From Thermoplasmata archaeon (GTDB lineage: Archaea; Thermoplasmatota; Thermoplasmata; Lutacidiplasmatales; UBA184): 51,254 bases of DNA. The position numbers were made by a program, and so were the translations under genes. Shown here one piece after another: positions 34,486-43,278 of the stretch (positions within the stretch are counted from its first letter, which is position 1; each line of letters begins with the position of its first letter). The DNA is taken from contig DATJVA010000126.1 of the NCBI GenBank assembly GCA_035502015.1, positions 1-51,254 on the forward strand, read 5' to 3'. The notes below the pieces were generated by a model. That model was given only the letters and a program-made list of their open reading frames with translations. It had not been told where the DNA came from and did not search any database.

Positions 34486-36225
34486 ATGCCCCGCCGGTTG
34501 CCTGTGGCGTCCACGACCCCGTCCTCGACGACCCCGGCCGGTCCGGTCGAGGTCCCGAGAGCGGCGCACTCGCTCACCCTCAGCTCGGGGGCGGTCTTCG
34601 GGGCGAGCCTTGCCACGCAGCTGATCGGTTTCGTTGCGAGCATCGCGCTCTACAAGACCATCGGTCTCCAGTCCGGTGGCCTCGCGGTCCTCGGTACCGC
34701 CCAGCTGTTCCTCCTCATCGGGTCTTCGATCAATGGTGTCGGGGACCTTCGTCTCGGAACCGCCTATACCTACTTCCTCGCCCGAGGGAAGCCCCCGACG
34801 GAGAACACCTCGACCTACCTGCTCGTCCGGATGGCCTTGGTCGCCGCCGCCGGGGCCGTCCTGTTCGGGTTAGGCCCCTCGGCCGGGATCGCGACAGGCG
34901 GTCCGAAGCTGGTCTCGCTCGGTGTCTTCCTGACGCTTCCGCTCCTCTGGTCGTTCTCGACGGTCTACAATTCCCTGTACATCGGCCTCGGCAACTCGGT
35001 GAAGGCCCAGTACCCTTCCCTCGTCGAGACGATCGCCCGCCTCCCGGCCATCCTGATCGTCGCGTTCTACTTTCCGACCATCCTCGGGATCACCGCGGCC
35101 TACGCGATCGGGGCGGCGGTCTCCATGATCTACTGTCTCCCCGGGATCCTCCGGCTCCTGAGGCGGTTCCACTGGTCCGAAGCGAGCCGGATGTTCCGTT
35201 TCTCCTGGCCCCTGATGGGCAGCTTGATGTTGAGCTACCTCGTCACGAACATGGTCCCGCTGTTGGTCGCGGGCTTCCTGAGCGCGACCGCGCTCGCGAT
35301 CTACCTCGCCGCGAACGGCTGGCGGATCCTCGCGCTCTCCTTACCGTCGGCGGTGGCCACGCCGCTGTTCCCCTACCTTGCCGGGCTCCATCGCAAGGAG
35401 GAGTACGAGCAGATACGGCGGGGGACCTGGCAGGCGATCCGCTTCTCGTCGATGCTCCTCGTCCCCGGGGTCGTCGCGCTCGTGACGTACCGGTCGATCT
35501 TCCTGAACGTCTTCCAGAACTCCCTCGTGGCGGCGAGCGGGTCGATCCCACTCGCGATCCTCGTCCTCAGCGCTATCCCGCTCTCTATCAGCCAGATCAT
35601 GCAGACGTCGATCAATTCGATCGGCCGCCAGCGGCTCGAGCTGTACATCACGTCGACCCAGGTGTCGGTCCTGCTCGCCTCCGTCCTTCTCCTCATGCCG
35701 TCCTGGTCCCCGCTGTATCTCGGGAACGGCCTCATCGCGGGGTCGATCGCGGTCCTCGCCTCGTCGATCGCGGCTCTCGCGCTCAACACCTACTTCACCG
35801 AGACGCTGATCCAGGTCCACATCCAGCCCCGCTCGATCCTCGGGATTACGCTGAGCGCGGCGGCGGGCTTCTTCGTGATGTCGCAGTTCAACCATTATCT
35901 GTCCCACAACCGCTTCTTCGAACTGGCCGCGGGAGTGGTGCTCGGGTTCGTCGCCTACTTCGCGATCCTCATCGCGATCGGCGAGCTGACCCGCCATGAC
36001 GTTCAACAGTTGGGAACGTCGGTCGGGCTGCCGCCCTGGATGTTCGGCTGGGTCTCCCGCCTGTGCTGGCGCAGGAGTACGCCCGACCTCGTTCCGGCCG
36101 ACCTCACGCGCGCCCGGGGCCTTCGCCCGACCGAGCTCCCCGAGACGTTCTCGGGAAACCCCGAGCTGCCCCAGATGGCCCAGGTTCCCGAGGAGGATCC
36201 CCTCCCACCGCCTTCGCCACGATAG
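34486..36225 (+). CDS. MOP-superfamily polysaccharide/oligosaccharide flippase (Wzx/RfbX-like)
   Basis: 579 aa with ~12-14 predicted hydrophobic helices. N-terminal pattern SGAVFGASLATQLIGFVASIALYKTIG is typical of Polysacc_synt proteins. Hydrophilic Pro-rich C-terminal tail. Confidence 0.7.
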   Translation: MPRRLPVASTTPSSTTPAGPVEVPRAAHSLTLSSGAVFGASLATQLIGFVASIALYKTIGLQSGGLAVLGTAQLFLLIGSSINGVGDLRLGTAYTYFLARGKPPTENTSTYLLVRMALVAAAGAVLFGLGPSAGIATGGPKLVSLGVFLTLPLLWSFSTVYNSLYIGLGNSVKAQYPSLVETIARLPAILIVAFYFPTILGITAAYAIGAAVSMIYCLPGILRLLRRFHWSEASRMFRFSWPLMGSLMLSYLVTNMVPLLVAGFLSATALAIYLAANGWRILALSLPSAVATPLFPYLAGLHRKEEYEQIRRGTWQAIRFSSMLLVPGVVALVTYRSIFLNVFQNSLVAASGSIPLAILVLSAIPLSISQIMQTSINSIGRQRLELYITSTQVSVLLASVLLLMPSWSPLYLGNGLIAGSIAVLASSIAALALNTYFTETLIQVHIQPRSILGITLSAAAGFFVMSQFNHYLSHNRFFELAAGVVLGFVAYFAILIAIGELTRHDVQQLGTSVGLPPWMFGWVSRLCWRRSTPDLVPADLTRARGLRPTELPETFSGNPELPQMAQVPEEDPLPPPSPR

Positions 36226-36373
36226 CCGATGTCGCGTCGCCCATATCGGAAACGCCCCGAGAAGCGTAGACCTTAAGCTCGGTGCCCGGGTCCTCGGCCA
36301 CGACCCTCGGGGCCGCGAATTCCGACCGCGCCGCGCGCTTCTTCGGAACGCTTCCTCCGTGGGTCGACCGACG

Positions 36374-37300
36374 ATGACCGAGCTCGCGTTGCAGAGCGTG
36401 GACCTGCGAAAGGTCTACACTTCGAAGGGGGCGCCGCCGACCGAGGCGCTCGCCGGGGTGTCGCTCGATGTCCGTCGGGGCGAGCGGGTCGCGCTCCTCG
36501 GACGGAACGGGGCCGGGAAGACGACGTTCCTCAAGATCGCCTCTACGCTGCTCCGACCGACCTCCGGCCGGATCCAGGTGTTCGGGTACGACGTCGACCG
36601 GACGCCGGAGAAGGCGCGCCCGTACATCGCGGTCGTGCCGCAGGAGGGCAAGCCGTTCTTCCATCTCTCGCCACGGGAGCAGATCTACACGTACCTGCGG
36701 GCGCGCGGACTCACCCGCGAAGTCGCGAAGTCGCGCACCGAGGACGCCATCGACAAGATGGGGCTCAACGAGTGCGCGGACCGCCTCTCGGTCACCCTCT
36801 CGGGCGGCCAGCGGCAACGGGCGATGGTCGCCACGGTGATCGCCACCGAGGCTCCGCTCCTGTTCCTGGACGAGCCGACGATCGGAATGGACCCTTTCGC
36901 CCGCCGCGCCGTCTGGGCGTCCTTGAGGACGCTCACCGCCCGGGGCTCGACGATTCTCCTCACGACCCACTACCTCGACGAGGCGGAGGCGCTCAGCCAC
37001 CGCCTCTACATTGTCGAGCGCGGCCGGGTGATCGTCGCCGGGACCGCGGACGACCTCAAGCGGTCGGTCGGCGGGACGGTGAAGGTCCTTCTCGCCGGTG
37101 GCGCGCCGATGGTCGAGACGTTCCGGTCGTTCGGTTCCTTGACCGTCGACGGGGACGCGCTCACGATCATCGTCACTCCCGAGCGTCTAGGAGAGCTGAT
37201 GGATATCGCGGTCCGCTCGAAACTCCTTGCCACGGTGGGCCCCGTCACGCTCGAGGAAGCGTTCCTGAGGGTCGTGGGCCGGTCGATCGATGAAGACTAG
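36374..37300 (+). CDS. ABC-2-type exporter ATP-binding protein
   Basis: 308 aa from ATG 36374. Motifs GRNGAGKTT, LSGGQRQR, LFLDEPTIGMD, TTHYLDEAE. Confidence 0.85.
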   Translation: MTELALQSVDLRKVYTSKGAPPTEALAGVSLDVRRGERVALLGRNGAGKTTFLKIASTLLRPTSGRIQVFGYDVDRTPEKARPYIAVVPQEGKPFFHLSPREQIYTYLRARGLTREVAKSRTEDAIDKMGLNECADRLSVTLSGGQRQRAMVATVIATEAPLLFLDEPTIGMDPFARRAVWASLRTLTARGSTILLTTHYLDEAEALSHRLYIVERGRVIVAGTADDLKRSVGGTVKVLLAGGAPMVETFRSFGSLTVDGDALTIIVTPERLGELMDIAVRSKLLATVGPVTLEEAFLRVVGRSIDED

Positions 37301-38054
37301 CGACGCCCCCGTGGACACTCGCGCGTTCCGCGGTCTCTCCGCGTTCCTCTGGACCGAGGTGCTGGTCCAGGCCCACGAGGAGCTCGCGATGGCCGCGTCG
37401 ATGATGGTCCAGTCGGTCCTCCTGGTCTTCGTCTGGATCCTCGCCCCGTCCCTCCTCGGGGTCGCGTTCGTCGGGGCGATCCTCTACTCGATGTTCACGA
37501 TGGGCCAGCGGGTCCTCAACGAGGCGGCGTACATCCGCATCGACCACAAGGCGAACGACCTCTACCTTGCCGGGCCGATGTCGCCGGAGGCGTACTTCCT
37601 CGGCATGGCGACCGGGATCCTGGTCGTGTACGTCGCGCCGGTCGTGGTCCTTGCGGCGATCGCGACCGCGGTCGTCCACTTCACCTTCGCGCAGGGGCTC
37701 CTCCTGTTCTCCCTCTCCGCCACCGTCTGGGTCTTCTCGGCGTCGGTCGGCTACGTCTTCTCCACGTTCTTCCGCGACAACCGAGCGATCTGGGCGTACT
37801 CGAGCTTGTTCTTCAACATCTTCGGGGTGCTGCCGCCGGTGTTCTACCCGTTCCACCTGTGGCCGGCCCTCCTCGACCCGGTCGTCCTGTTGATGCCGCC
37901 GAGCGCCGCCGCGGCGCTCGTCCAGGCGAGCCTCGGGATCACGCAGCTCGCCTCGGGGCAGACGCTGCTCGCCGTGAGCGGGCTGATCGTCGAGACCGTC
38001 GCGTTGTTCCTGTTCGCGATCTACTGGGCGCGCCGGACCGTACGGGCGCGGTGA
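37290..38054 (+). CDS. ABC-2-type transporter permease (subunit 1)
   Basis: 254 aa with six hydrophobic segments. Overlaps the ATPase gene end by 11 nt. Confidence 0.7.
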   Translation: MKTSDAPVDTRAFRGLSAFLWTEVLVQAHEELAMAASMMVQSVLLVFVWILAPSLLGVAFVGAILYSMFTMGQRVLNEAAYIRIDHKANDLYLAGPMSPEAYFLGMATGILVVYVAPVVVLAAIATAVVHFTFAQGLLLFSLSATVWVFSASVGYVFSTFFRDNRAIWAYSSLFFNIFGVLPPVFYPFHLWPALLDPVVLLMPPSAAAALVQASLGITQLASGQTLLAVSGLIVETVALFLFAIYWARRTVRAR

Positions 38055-38057
38055 GCG

Positions 38058-38840
38058 ATGGCGACCGTTCGCGCGGAGTTCCCCAACGTCCCGACGAACG
38101 GGCGGGCGCTCCCGGCGTTCCTGATCGTCGGTTGGCGGTGGATCAGCCGCAACCCGGCGGTCGCCATCACACCGATCATGTTGCCGTTCATCTTCCTGTA
38201 CTTCCTGTCGCTGATCTCGCCACCGTCCGCCCTCCCGCTCGAGATCGTCGGGGCGATGATGTTCACGATGCAGAACATCGGCTCGTGGGTGCTCGGCGAC
38301 AGCGCCTACTGGCGGATCGAGCACTCTCTCCAGGACATGTTCGTGGCGAGCCCGCTCAGCCGGATCCGCTATCTGTTCGGGATCGCGTTCTCGAACCTGA
38401 TCGCGATGCTCCCCGCGCTCGCGATCCTGACCGGACTTCTCGTCTGGGCGGGCGCGAGGGAGGGCCATCCCCTCACGATGGGGGCGTTCCTCGTCCTAGT
38501 GGCGAGCCTCGCGGTCCTCTGGGTCCTCTTCTCGTCCGTCGGGATTGGGATCTCGAGCCGGATCCGCACGCAACGGGAGATCTGGCCGGTCGGCAATCTC
38601 ACGTTCACGATCCTTGGGATGCTCACTCCGCTCTACTACCCGCTCTCGGCGCTTCCGCCGCTCTGGCAGGACGCCGCCCGGTTCCTGCCCGCAACGTACG
38701 CCGCGCTCCTGGTCCAGGGGGCCCTCGGGATCACCCCGGCGACCCCGGACCAGATGGTGCTCTACGCGGCGCTCCTCCTGATCGCCGCCGCAATCGGGGT
38801 CACCATCATGCTCCGCCTCTATCGGTGGGGGGAGCTGTAG
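38058..38840 (+). CDS. ABC-2-type transporter permease (subunit 2)
   Basis: 260 aa, multi-TM, 3 nt after the previous stop. Paralogous architecture to subunit 1. Confidence 0.7.
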   Translation: MATVRAEFPNVPTNGRALPAFLIVGWRWISRNPAVAITPIMLPFIFLYFLSLISPPSALPLEIVGAMMFTMQNIGSWVLGDSAYWRIEHSLQDMFVASPLSRIRYLFGIAFSNLIAMLPALAILTGLLVWAGAREGHPLTMGAFLVLVASLAVLWVLFSSVGIGISSRIRTQREIWPVGNLTFTILGMLTPLYYPLSALPPLWQDAARFLPATYAALLVQGALGITPATPDQMVLYAALLLIAAAIGVTIMLRLYRWGEL

Positions 38841-38956
38841 GGGACTAGGAAACGTTCATGCGGAGCGCCGGCATGGCTCGGTCGGTGCCTTCACCGAGAC
38901 TCGCTGTTCCTTCATTGTCGGTCGCGTCTCGCTCGTCGTTCTTCCACCGGTGCCGT

Positions 38957-38993
38957 TCCTCCCGCCCGCATCGCCGCGTCGGACGCGGGAGGA
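38957..38993 (+). promoter_or_regulatory. Hairpin pairing the sui1 Shine-Dalgarno-like GGAGG with an upstream CCTCC
   Basis: TCCTCCCGC (38957-65) is perfectly complementary to GCGGGAGGA (38985-93). GGAGG (38988-92) lies 10 nt upstream of ATG 39003. Confidence 0.4.
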
Positions 38994-39002
38994 CCGTTCA
39001 AC

Positions 39003-39320
39003 ATGAGTGACGACGAGTTCGACGAGATCCTATCCGCGCTCGACCGAGAGACCGCCCGGATCCGTGTCCGGGCGGAGCCGCGTCGGTACAACAAGCCGGC
39101 GACCGTGATCTCCGGGTTCCCTCCGGGCGTCGACCTGGCGGAGACGACCCGGTCTCTGAAGAACCGCCTCGCCACCGGTGGATCGGTCGTGGATGGCGAG
39201 GTCTACCTTCAGGGGGACCACCGGAGCCGGATCCGCGCGGAGCTCGCGAAGCTCGGTTTTGACCCGGAGACGATCGAGATCTCCGACGCCGCCCTTCCGA
39301 AGCGCGGCCGTCACGGGTGA
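39003..39320 (+). CDS. sui1: Translation initiation factor aSUI1 (eIF1 homologue)
   Basis: 105 aa: RIRVRAEPRRYNKPATVISGF...LKNRLATGGSV...VYLQGDHR..I...L...GF, the SUI1-domain pattern. Confidence 0.88.
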   Translation: MSDDEFDEILSALDRETARIRVRAEPRRYNKPATVISGFPPGVDLAETTRSLKNRLATGGSVVDGEVYLQGDHRSRIRAELAKLGFDPETIEISDAALPKRGRHG

Positions 39321-39333
39321 GCGATTCGCCCCC

Positions 39334-39379
39334 GTCGCTACGCTTTTCCCCCTCAAGGGCAAAACGTGCGTGTAGCGAC
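39334..39379 (+). terminator. Imperfect hairpin with internal T4 tract downstream of sui1
   Basis: GTCGCTAC (39334-41) pairs with GTAGCGAC (39372-79). The enclosed TTTTCCCC...GGGCAAAA gives further pairing. Starts 14 nt after the sui1 stop. Archaeal terminators are usually oligo-T, so the assignment is tentative. Confidence 0.3.
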
Positions 39380-39438
39380 CGGCGAAACAACGAAGGTATA
39401 ACCGAACTGGGTCAACCGCGACCTAGAGGTCCGCCCGC

Positions 39439-40293
39439 ATGGCAGCGTACGCTCATCCCGAGGTGCTCGTCGAGACGAACTGGGTCCACTCCCACCTGAA
39501 CGATCCCAAGGTCCGAGTCGCCGAGGTCGACTACGACCCGGCGGCGAACTACGAGATGGGCCACATCCCGGGCTCGGTGCTGTTCGACTGGCGCAAGGAC
39601 ATCAACGACCCGGTGGCCCGCGACATCCTCTCCGCGGACGCGCTCACCGCCCTGTTCGCGCGCGCGGGCGTCGACCACGACACGACGCTCGTCCTCTACG
39701 GGGACTTCAACAACTGGTTCGCGGCGTTCGCGTTCTGGGTGTTCACCTACTACGGTGCGACGAACGTCCGGCTGATGAACGGGGGCCGCAAGAAGTGGAT
39801 TTCCGAGGACCTCCCGCTGACGAAGGAGGTCCCTCGGCCTCCTGCGGGCCACTTCACCGCGCACGCGCCGAACGCCAACCTCCGCTCGTATCTCGACGAC
39901 GTTCGCAAGGTCCTCCCGGAAGTGAGGGCCGGGAAGTTCTTCCTCGTGGACGTCCGCGGGCCGAAGGAGTTCTCCGGCGAGATCACGGCGCCTCCGGAGT
40001 ACCCGACCGAGCACGCCCAGCGGGGAGGGCACATCCCGGGCGCGAAGAACATTCCGTGGGCTCAGGCGGTCAAGGACGATGGAACGTTCAAGTCCCGAGA
40101 GGAGCTCGAGGAACTCTACGGGTCGAAGGGGGTTCTGCCGGCCCACCCGGTGATCACCTACTGCCGGATTGGCGAGCGCTCGAGCCACACCTGGTTCGTT
40201 CTGAAGTACCTGCTCGGGTACCCGGACGTCCGCAACTACGACGGTTCCTGGACCGAGTGGGGGAACCTCGTGCGGACACCGATCGAGAAATAG
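39439..40293 (+). CDS. sseA: Two-domain rhodanese, thiosulfate sulfurtransferase type
   Basis: 284 aa with tandem rhodanese domains. Active-site loop CRIGERS (CRxGxR[ST]). Also GHIPGS/GHIPGA and YDGSWTEW. TATA-like GGTATAA at 39396-39402. Confidence 0.85.
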   Translation: MAAYAHPEVLVETNWVHSHLNDPKVRVAEVDYDPAANYEMGHIPGSVLFDWRKDINDPVARDILSADALTALFARAGVDHDTTLVLYGDFNNWFAAFAFWVFTYYGATNVRLMNGGRKKWISEDLPLTKEVPRPPAGHFTAHAPNANLRSYLDDVRKVLPEVRAGKFFLVDVRGPKEFSGEITAPPEYPTEHAQRGGHIPGAKNIPWAQAVKDDGTFKSREELEELYGSKGVLPAHPVITYCRIGERSSHTWFVLKYLLGYPDVRNYDGSWTEWGNLVRTPIEK

Positions 40294-40307
40294 GGAGCTC
40301 TTCCCGA

Positions 40308-41003
40308 TCACCCCGGCCTCGGACGGGGTTTCGGGTCGGCCTCCTTGCGGACGAGGAACTGGTAGAGCGTTCCCTCCTTCCGGCTCGCGAGCAGGGCGTG
40401 CCCGGTCTGGTCCGACCAGCGGATCATTTCGATAGGGCTGGTCGGGTCGTCGGTCACAAGAAGGAAGGCGTCGCCCGCGGGGCGATCGGCCATCGCTTCC
40501 CGGAGCCGGGCGAGCACGGCCGAGCACTCCAATCCGGCCTCATTGAGCTCCACGTCCGGGGTCACCGGCCAGCATCGGATCCTCTGCGTCCGGATCCGTT
40601 CCTCGACCCGGTGGGCGACGGCCGCGGCGGAGGCGAGGAGCTTTCGAGGTGCCGCGGGGTCGGCCGGTCGGACGCGGACCACCCAACCTTCCCCGTACGG
40701 GGCGTCGTTGAGAAGGCGGGGCCGTTCGGCGACCGCGTCGTTCCGGGCAACGAGCGTGACGTCCACGGGGACGCGGACCGCGCCCGTGAAGCGAACGCTC
40801 TCGATCGTTGCGACGCTCCGGCCGCGGCCGACGGGCCCCTCGATGGGTCGGAAGGAGAGCGCTTGGAAAGGTCCCGCGAACGAAGCGAGGATGCTGAGGA
40901 TGCCGATACGGGCCGTCCCTCCGTCCGGGTCATCCGCCCACCAGACGTCGTTCTCGAGGTCGTAGAGCCGGTCCTCGGGAAGCGAACAGCCCTCGACCTC
41001 CAT
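40308..41003 (-). CDS. Fusion protein: GcvH-like domain (lipoyl Lys replaced by Arg) plus TusA/SirA-like domain
   Basis: 231 aa from ATG 41003. The N-terminal ~125 aa follow the GcvH pattern (LYDLENDVWW...ARIGI...GRSVATIESVRFTGAVRVPV...APYGEGWVVRV), but the ESVK lysine is Arg71 (CGC, 40791-93). The C-terminal ~80 aa match TusA (EAGLECSAVLARLREAM...GDAFLLVTDDPTSPIEMIRWSDQTGHAL...YQFLVRK), with Cys retained but CSAV instead of CPxP. Confidence 0.65.
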   Translation of the reverse strand: MEVEGCSLPEDRLYDLENDVWWADDPDGGTARIGILSILASFAGPFQALSFRPIEGPVGRGRSVATIESVRFTGAVRVPVDVTLVARNDAVAERPRLLNDAPYGEGWVVRVRPADPAAPRKLLASAAAVAHRVEERIRTQRIRCWPVTPDVELNEAGLECSAVLARLREAMADRPAGDAFLLVTDDPTSPIEMIRWSDQTGHALLASRKEGTLYQFLVRKEADPKPRPRPG

Positions 41004-41297
41004 GGCCGCGGCACGGCCGGGCAGGGTCTTAGGGCTTCCGCGCGCGACAAGCTTTTGGTGAAGGAGGAGCGTGGACGGCGCATGCGAATAACGGCCGCGT
41101 CGACCGGGGCGACGCGGCCCGTTGGACGACCTCGCTGTCGCTGCGGCCACCTACCCACGCACCACATGGAGGTCGCGCCCGTCGGCACGAGCGCCAGCTT
41201 CCAGCTGCGGCCGACCGGTCCGTGCGCCCTCTGCGGAGAATCGGTCTGCCACCGGTACACGCCCGGCGGCCCGTGACCGTCGAGAGGCGGACGGGCG

Positions 41298-41756
41298 CTA
41301 CCCGTAGGCGGCTTTGATCAGGTAGTCCTTCAGGCGCGACAGGCGCTCGTCCCAGAAGTGGAAGTGCCAGGAGCGCGCCTCTTCCCACGCCTCGCTCGCG
41401 CCCCATCCCTCGTGCTCGAGCGTCACGTCGATCCCTTCGGGGGACTCCTGCAACCGGACGTAGACCTGAGTGCGCGGCGTGGGTTGGTTCATCAACTCCG
41501 TGAACGGAGGAGGAGCGAGCCAGCTGAACCCGAGGTCGACATCGCGCACGAAGCGATAGACGGTTCCGCGGCTCTCGAACTCGGGGGACCCTTTGAACGA
41601 GAGGCGGTACGTCCCTCCGACCTCAAGCTTGACCTCGGCGTCGTCGGCCAGCCACCCCTTGAGCTGGGAGGCGTCGGTGAACGCCGTGTAGATCATCGGG
41701 ACCGGCAGCGGGATGGTCACCTGGATGAGAATCGGGTCGAGGCCTTCCGAGTTCAC
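41298..41756 (-). CDS. SRPBCC-superfamily protein (AHSA1/START-like)
   Basis: 152 aa from GTG 41756: IQVTIPLPVPMIYTAFTDASQLKGWL...GGTYRLSF...TLEHEGW, the pattern of Aha1-like SRPBCC domains. The track ORF extends to 41927. Start uncertain. Confidence 0.6.
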   Translation of the reverse strand: MNSEGLDPILIQVTIPLPVPMIYTAFTDASQLKGWLADDAEVKLEVGGTYRLSFKGSPEFESRGTVYRFVRDVDLGFSWLAPPPFTELMNQPTPRTQVYVRLQESPEGIDVTLEHEGWGASEAWEEARSWHFHFWDERLSRLKDYLIKAAYG

Positions 41757-41938
41757 GGCGCCCGGTCGGCCATCAGCGGCTAAAGAGTTTGCGTGAGGAC
41801 CCGCTCTTCCCCGGGCCTGACGGCCGGGGGTGACACGGGAACCGTGGTCGAGGGCGTCGGGGAAGACCGGGCATCCTTCCACCTCGAGGAGCGGCCCGTA
41901 CGACGACAGAGGACGGGCGAAGACCATCTCGATTTGGG

Positions 41939-41945
41939 CTATAAG
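41939..41945 (+). promoter_or_regulatory. TATA box candidate upstream of dppBC
   Basis: CTATAAG in a GC-rich spacer. It lies ~27 nt upstream of ATG 41969 (a weak 58-codon ORF) and ~200 nt upstream of the dppB GTG. Confidence 0.35.
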
Positions 41946-42141
41946 TGGCAGCGGTTGTCGAGTCGGGCATGACCGGGACTCCGGGGTTTCCCGGGACCTG
42001 TCAGCGCCCGAGTGGATACGTGCCCGGCGCCGCCCGGGCGATCGAAGGACAGGGAGGCGTTGATCTGACGGGGGCTTCCGCGCTGCCCGCGGGGAAGCGG
42101 GAACCTCTCAAAGGAATGCGTCCGGGGCGGGGGTTCCCCCA

Positions 42142-43278
42142 GTGACGGGCCCCGCAACGGAACCTCCCGCCGCCGGCGCGGAGGAGAAGCCTAGCGGGAC
42201 GGGCCCCTCCCGGGAACCCCAGCGGCCGCAGCCACGGCGGTCGTTCCTGTCGCCGTTTGCACGGTATACGCTACGGCGTCTCCTGCTGATCCCAGCGCAG
42301 CTCGTCTTCGTTCTGTTCATTCTCTACCTGGTCATCGACGTCCCACCGGCACTGACCGGGACGTCCCCGGAGTCGCTCGGCGCCATCGACCAGGGGTTCG
42401 TCCACCTGGTGGTGAACATCTTCACCCTGAACTGGGGGACGGCCGACTATCTCCGGTACAACCTTCCCTGGACCCAGGTGTTCGCCTACTACCTTCCGCC
42501 CTCGATACAGCTGGCCGCATTCGCGCTTCCGATCGCCGCGGTCCTGGCGTACCCCGTGAGCCTCCTGGCCGGATGGAGTCGTCGCCCCGGTCTCGACGCT
42601 CCGGTCCGACTCGCGACGCTGGGGGCTGCCATGCTCCCGGCGTTCATGCTTGGAACCCTCGTCCTCAACCTCATCTTTTTCAACTATCTCGACTGGTTTG
42701 ACGATGTCCCGGGCCAGGGACTGATCCCTTCCTCCGGCTATTTCTTCAACCACAACGGAGCTCCGTCGTGGATCCTCTATGGTTTGATCACTCGACCCAC
42801 CGGCTTCCCGCTCATCGACGCCATCCTCCATCACGATTGGACGATCACTCTGATCTCCCTGACCAAGACCCTCATCCAGGCGTCGGTCGTCGCGGTCGCC
42901 TACCTCGCGATATTCTTCCGTCATGCCCGAACGATCGTCCGGTCGGTCCGCGAGGAGGTCTACATCGCCGGGGCCCGCTCCCGGGGTGTCCCCGAGCAGA
43001 CGATCCTCTGGCGCCACGCCGCGCGAGCGGTCACTCCGTCGTTCCTGCTGATCTTCGCGCTCACGATCCCGGAGTACCTCGGCGTCCAGTTCGCGGTCGA
43101 GGTCGCCTTCGCCGACCAGTTCGGTTTCGGCTACCTGATCTTCGCGGCGCTGGTGCAGGGCTATCTCGACCCGTTGATCCCGTTGGTGTTCCTCATCGCG
43201 GTGCTGGTCCTGGTCTGGGCTCTAATCGTGGACCTTGTCGCCGTCCGGCTTGACCCACGCGGAGTGATGAGTCGATGA
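42142..43278 (+). CDS. ABC peptide/nickel-type transporter permease (DppB/OppB family)
   Basis: 378 aa. ARYTLRRLLLIPAQLVFVLFILY N-terminal TM pattern and an EAA-like region (YIAGARSRGVPEQTILWRHAARAV). GTG start. Confidence 0.8.
   Translation: MTGPATEPPAAGAEEKPSGTGPSREPQRPQPRRSFLSPFARYTLRRLLLIPAQLVFVLFILYLVIDVPPALTGTSPESLGAIDQGFVHLVVNIFTLNWGTADYLRYNLPWTQVFAYYLPPSIQLAAFALPIAAVLAYPVSLLAGWSRRPGLDAPVRLATLGAAMLPAFMLGTLVLNLIFFNYLDWFDDVPGQGLIPSSGYFFNHNGAPSWILYGLITRPTGFPLIDAILHHDWTITLISLTKTLIQASVVAVAYLAIFFRHARTIVRSVREEVYIAGARSRGVPEQTILWRHAARAVTPSFLLIFALTIPEYLGVQFAVEVAFADQFGFGYLIFAALVQGYLDPLIPLVFLIAVLVLVWALIVDLVAVRLDPRGVMSR

Noticed and set aside
37245-38468. 407-aa minus-strand ORF rich in Arg/Asp/Glu
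   Set aside because: It is antisense to the two ABC-2 permease genes. The highly charged repetitive translation is the complement of hydrophobic TM codons.
41969-42145. 58-codon ORF upstream of dppB as a real protein-coding gene
   Set aside because: Third-position GC (~72%) equals background and the Gly/Pro/Arg-rich product has no motif. It is retained only as a possible regulatory uORF within the leader finding.
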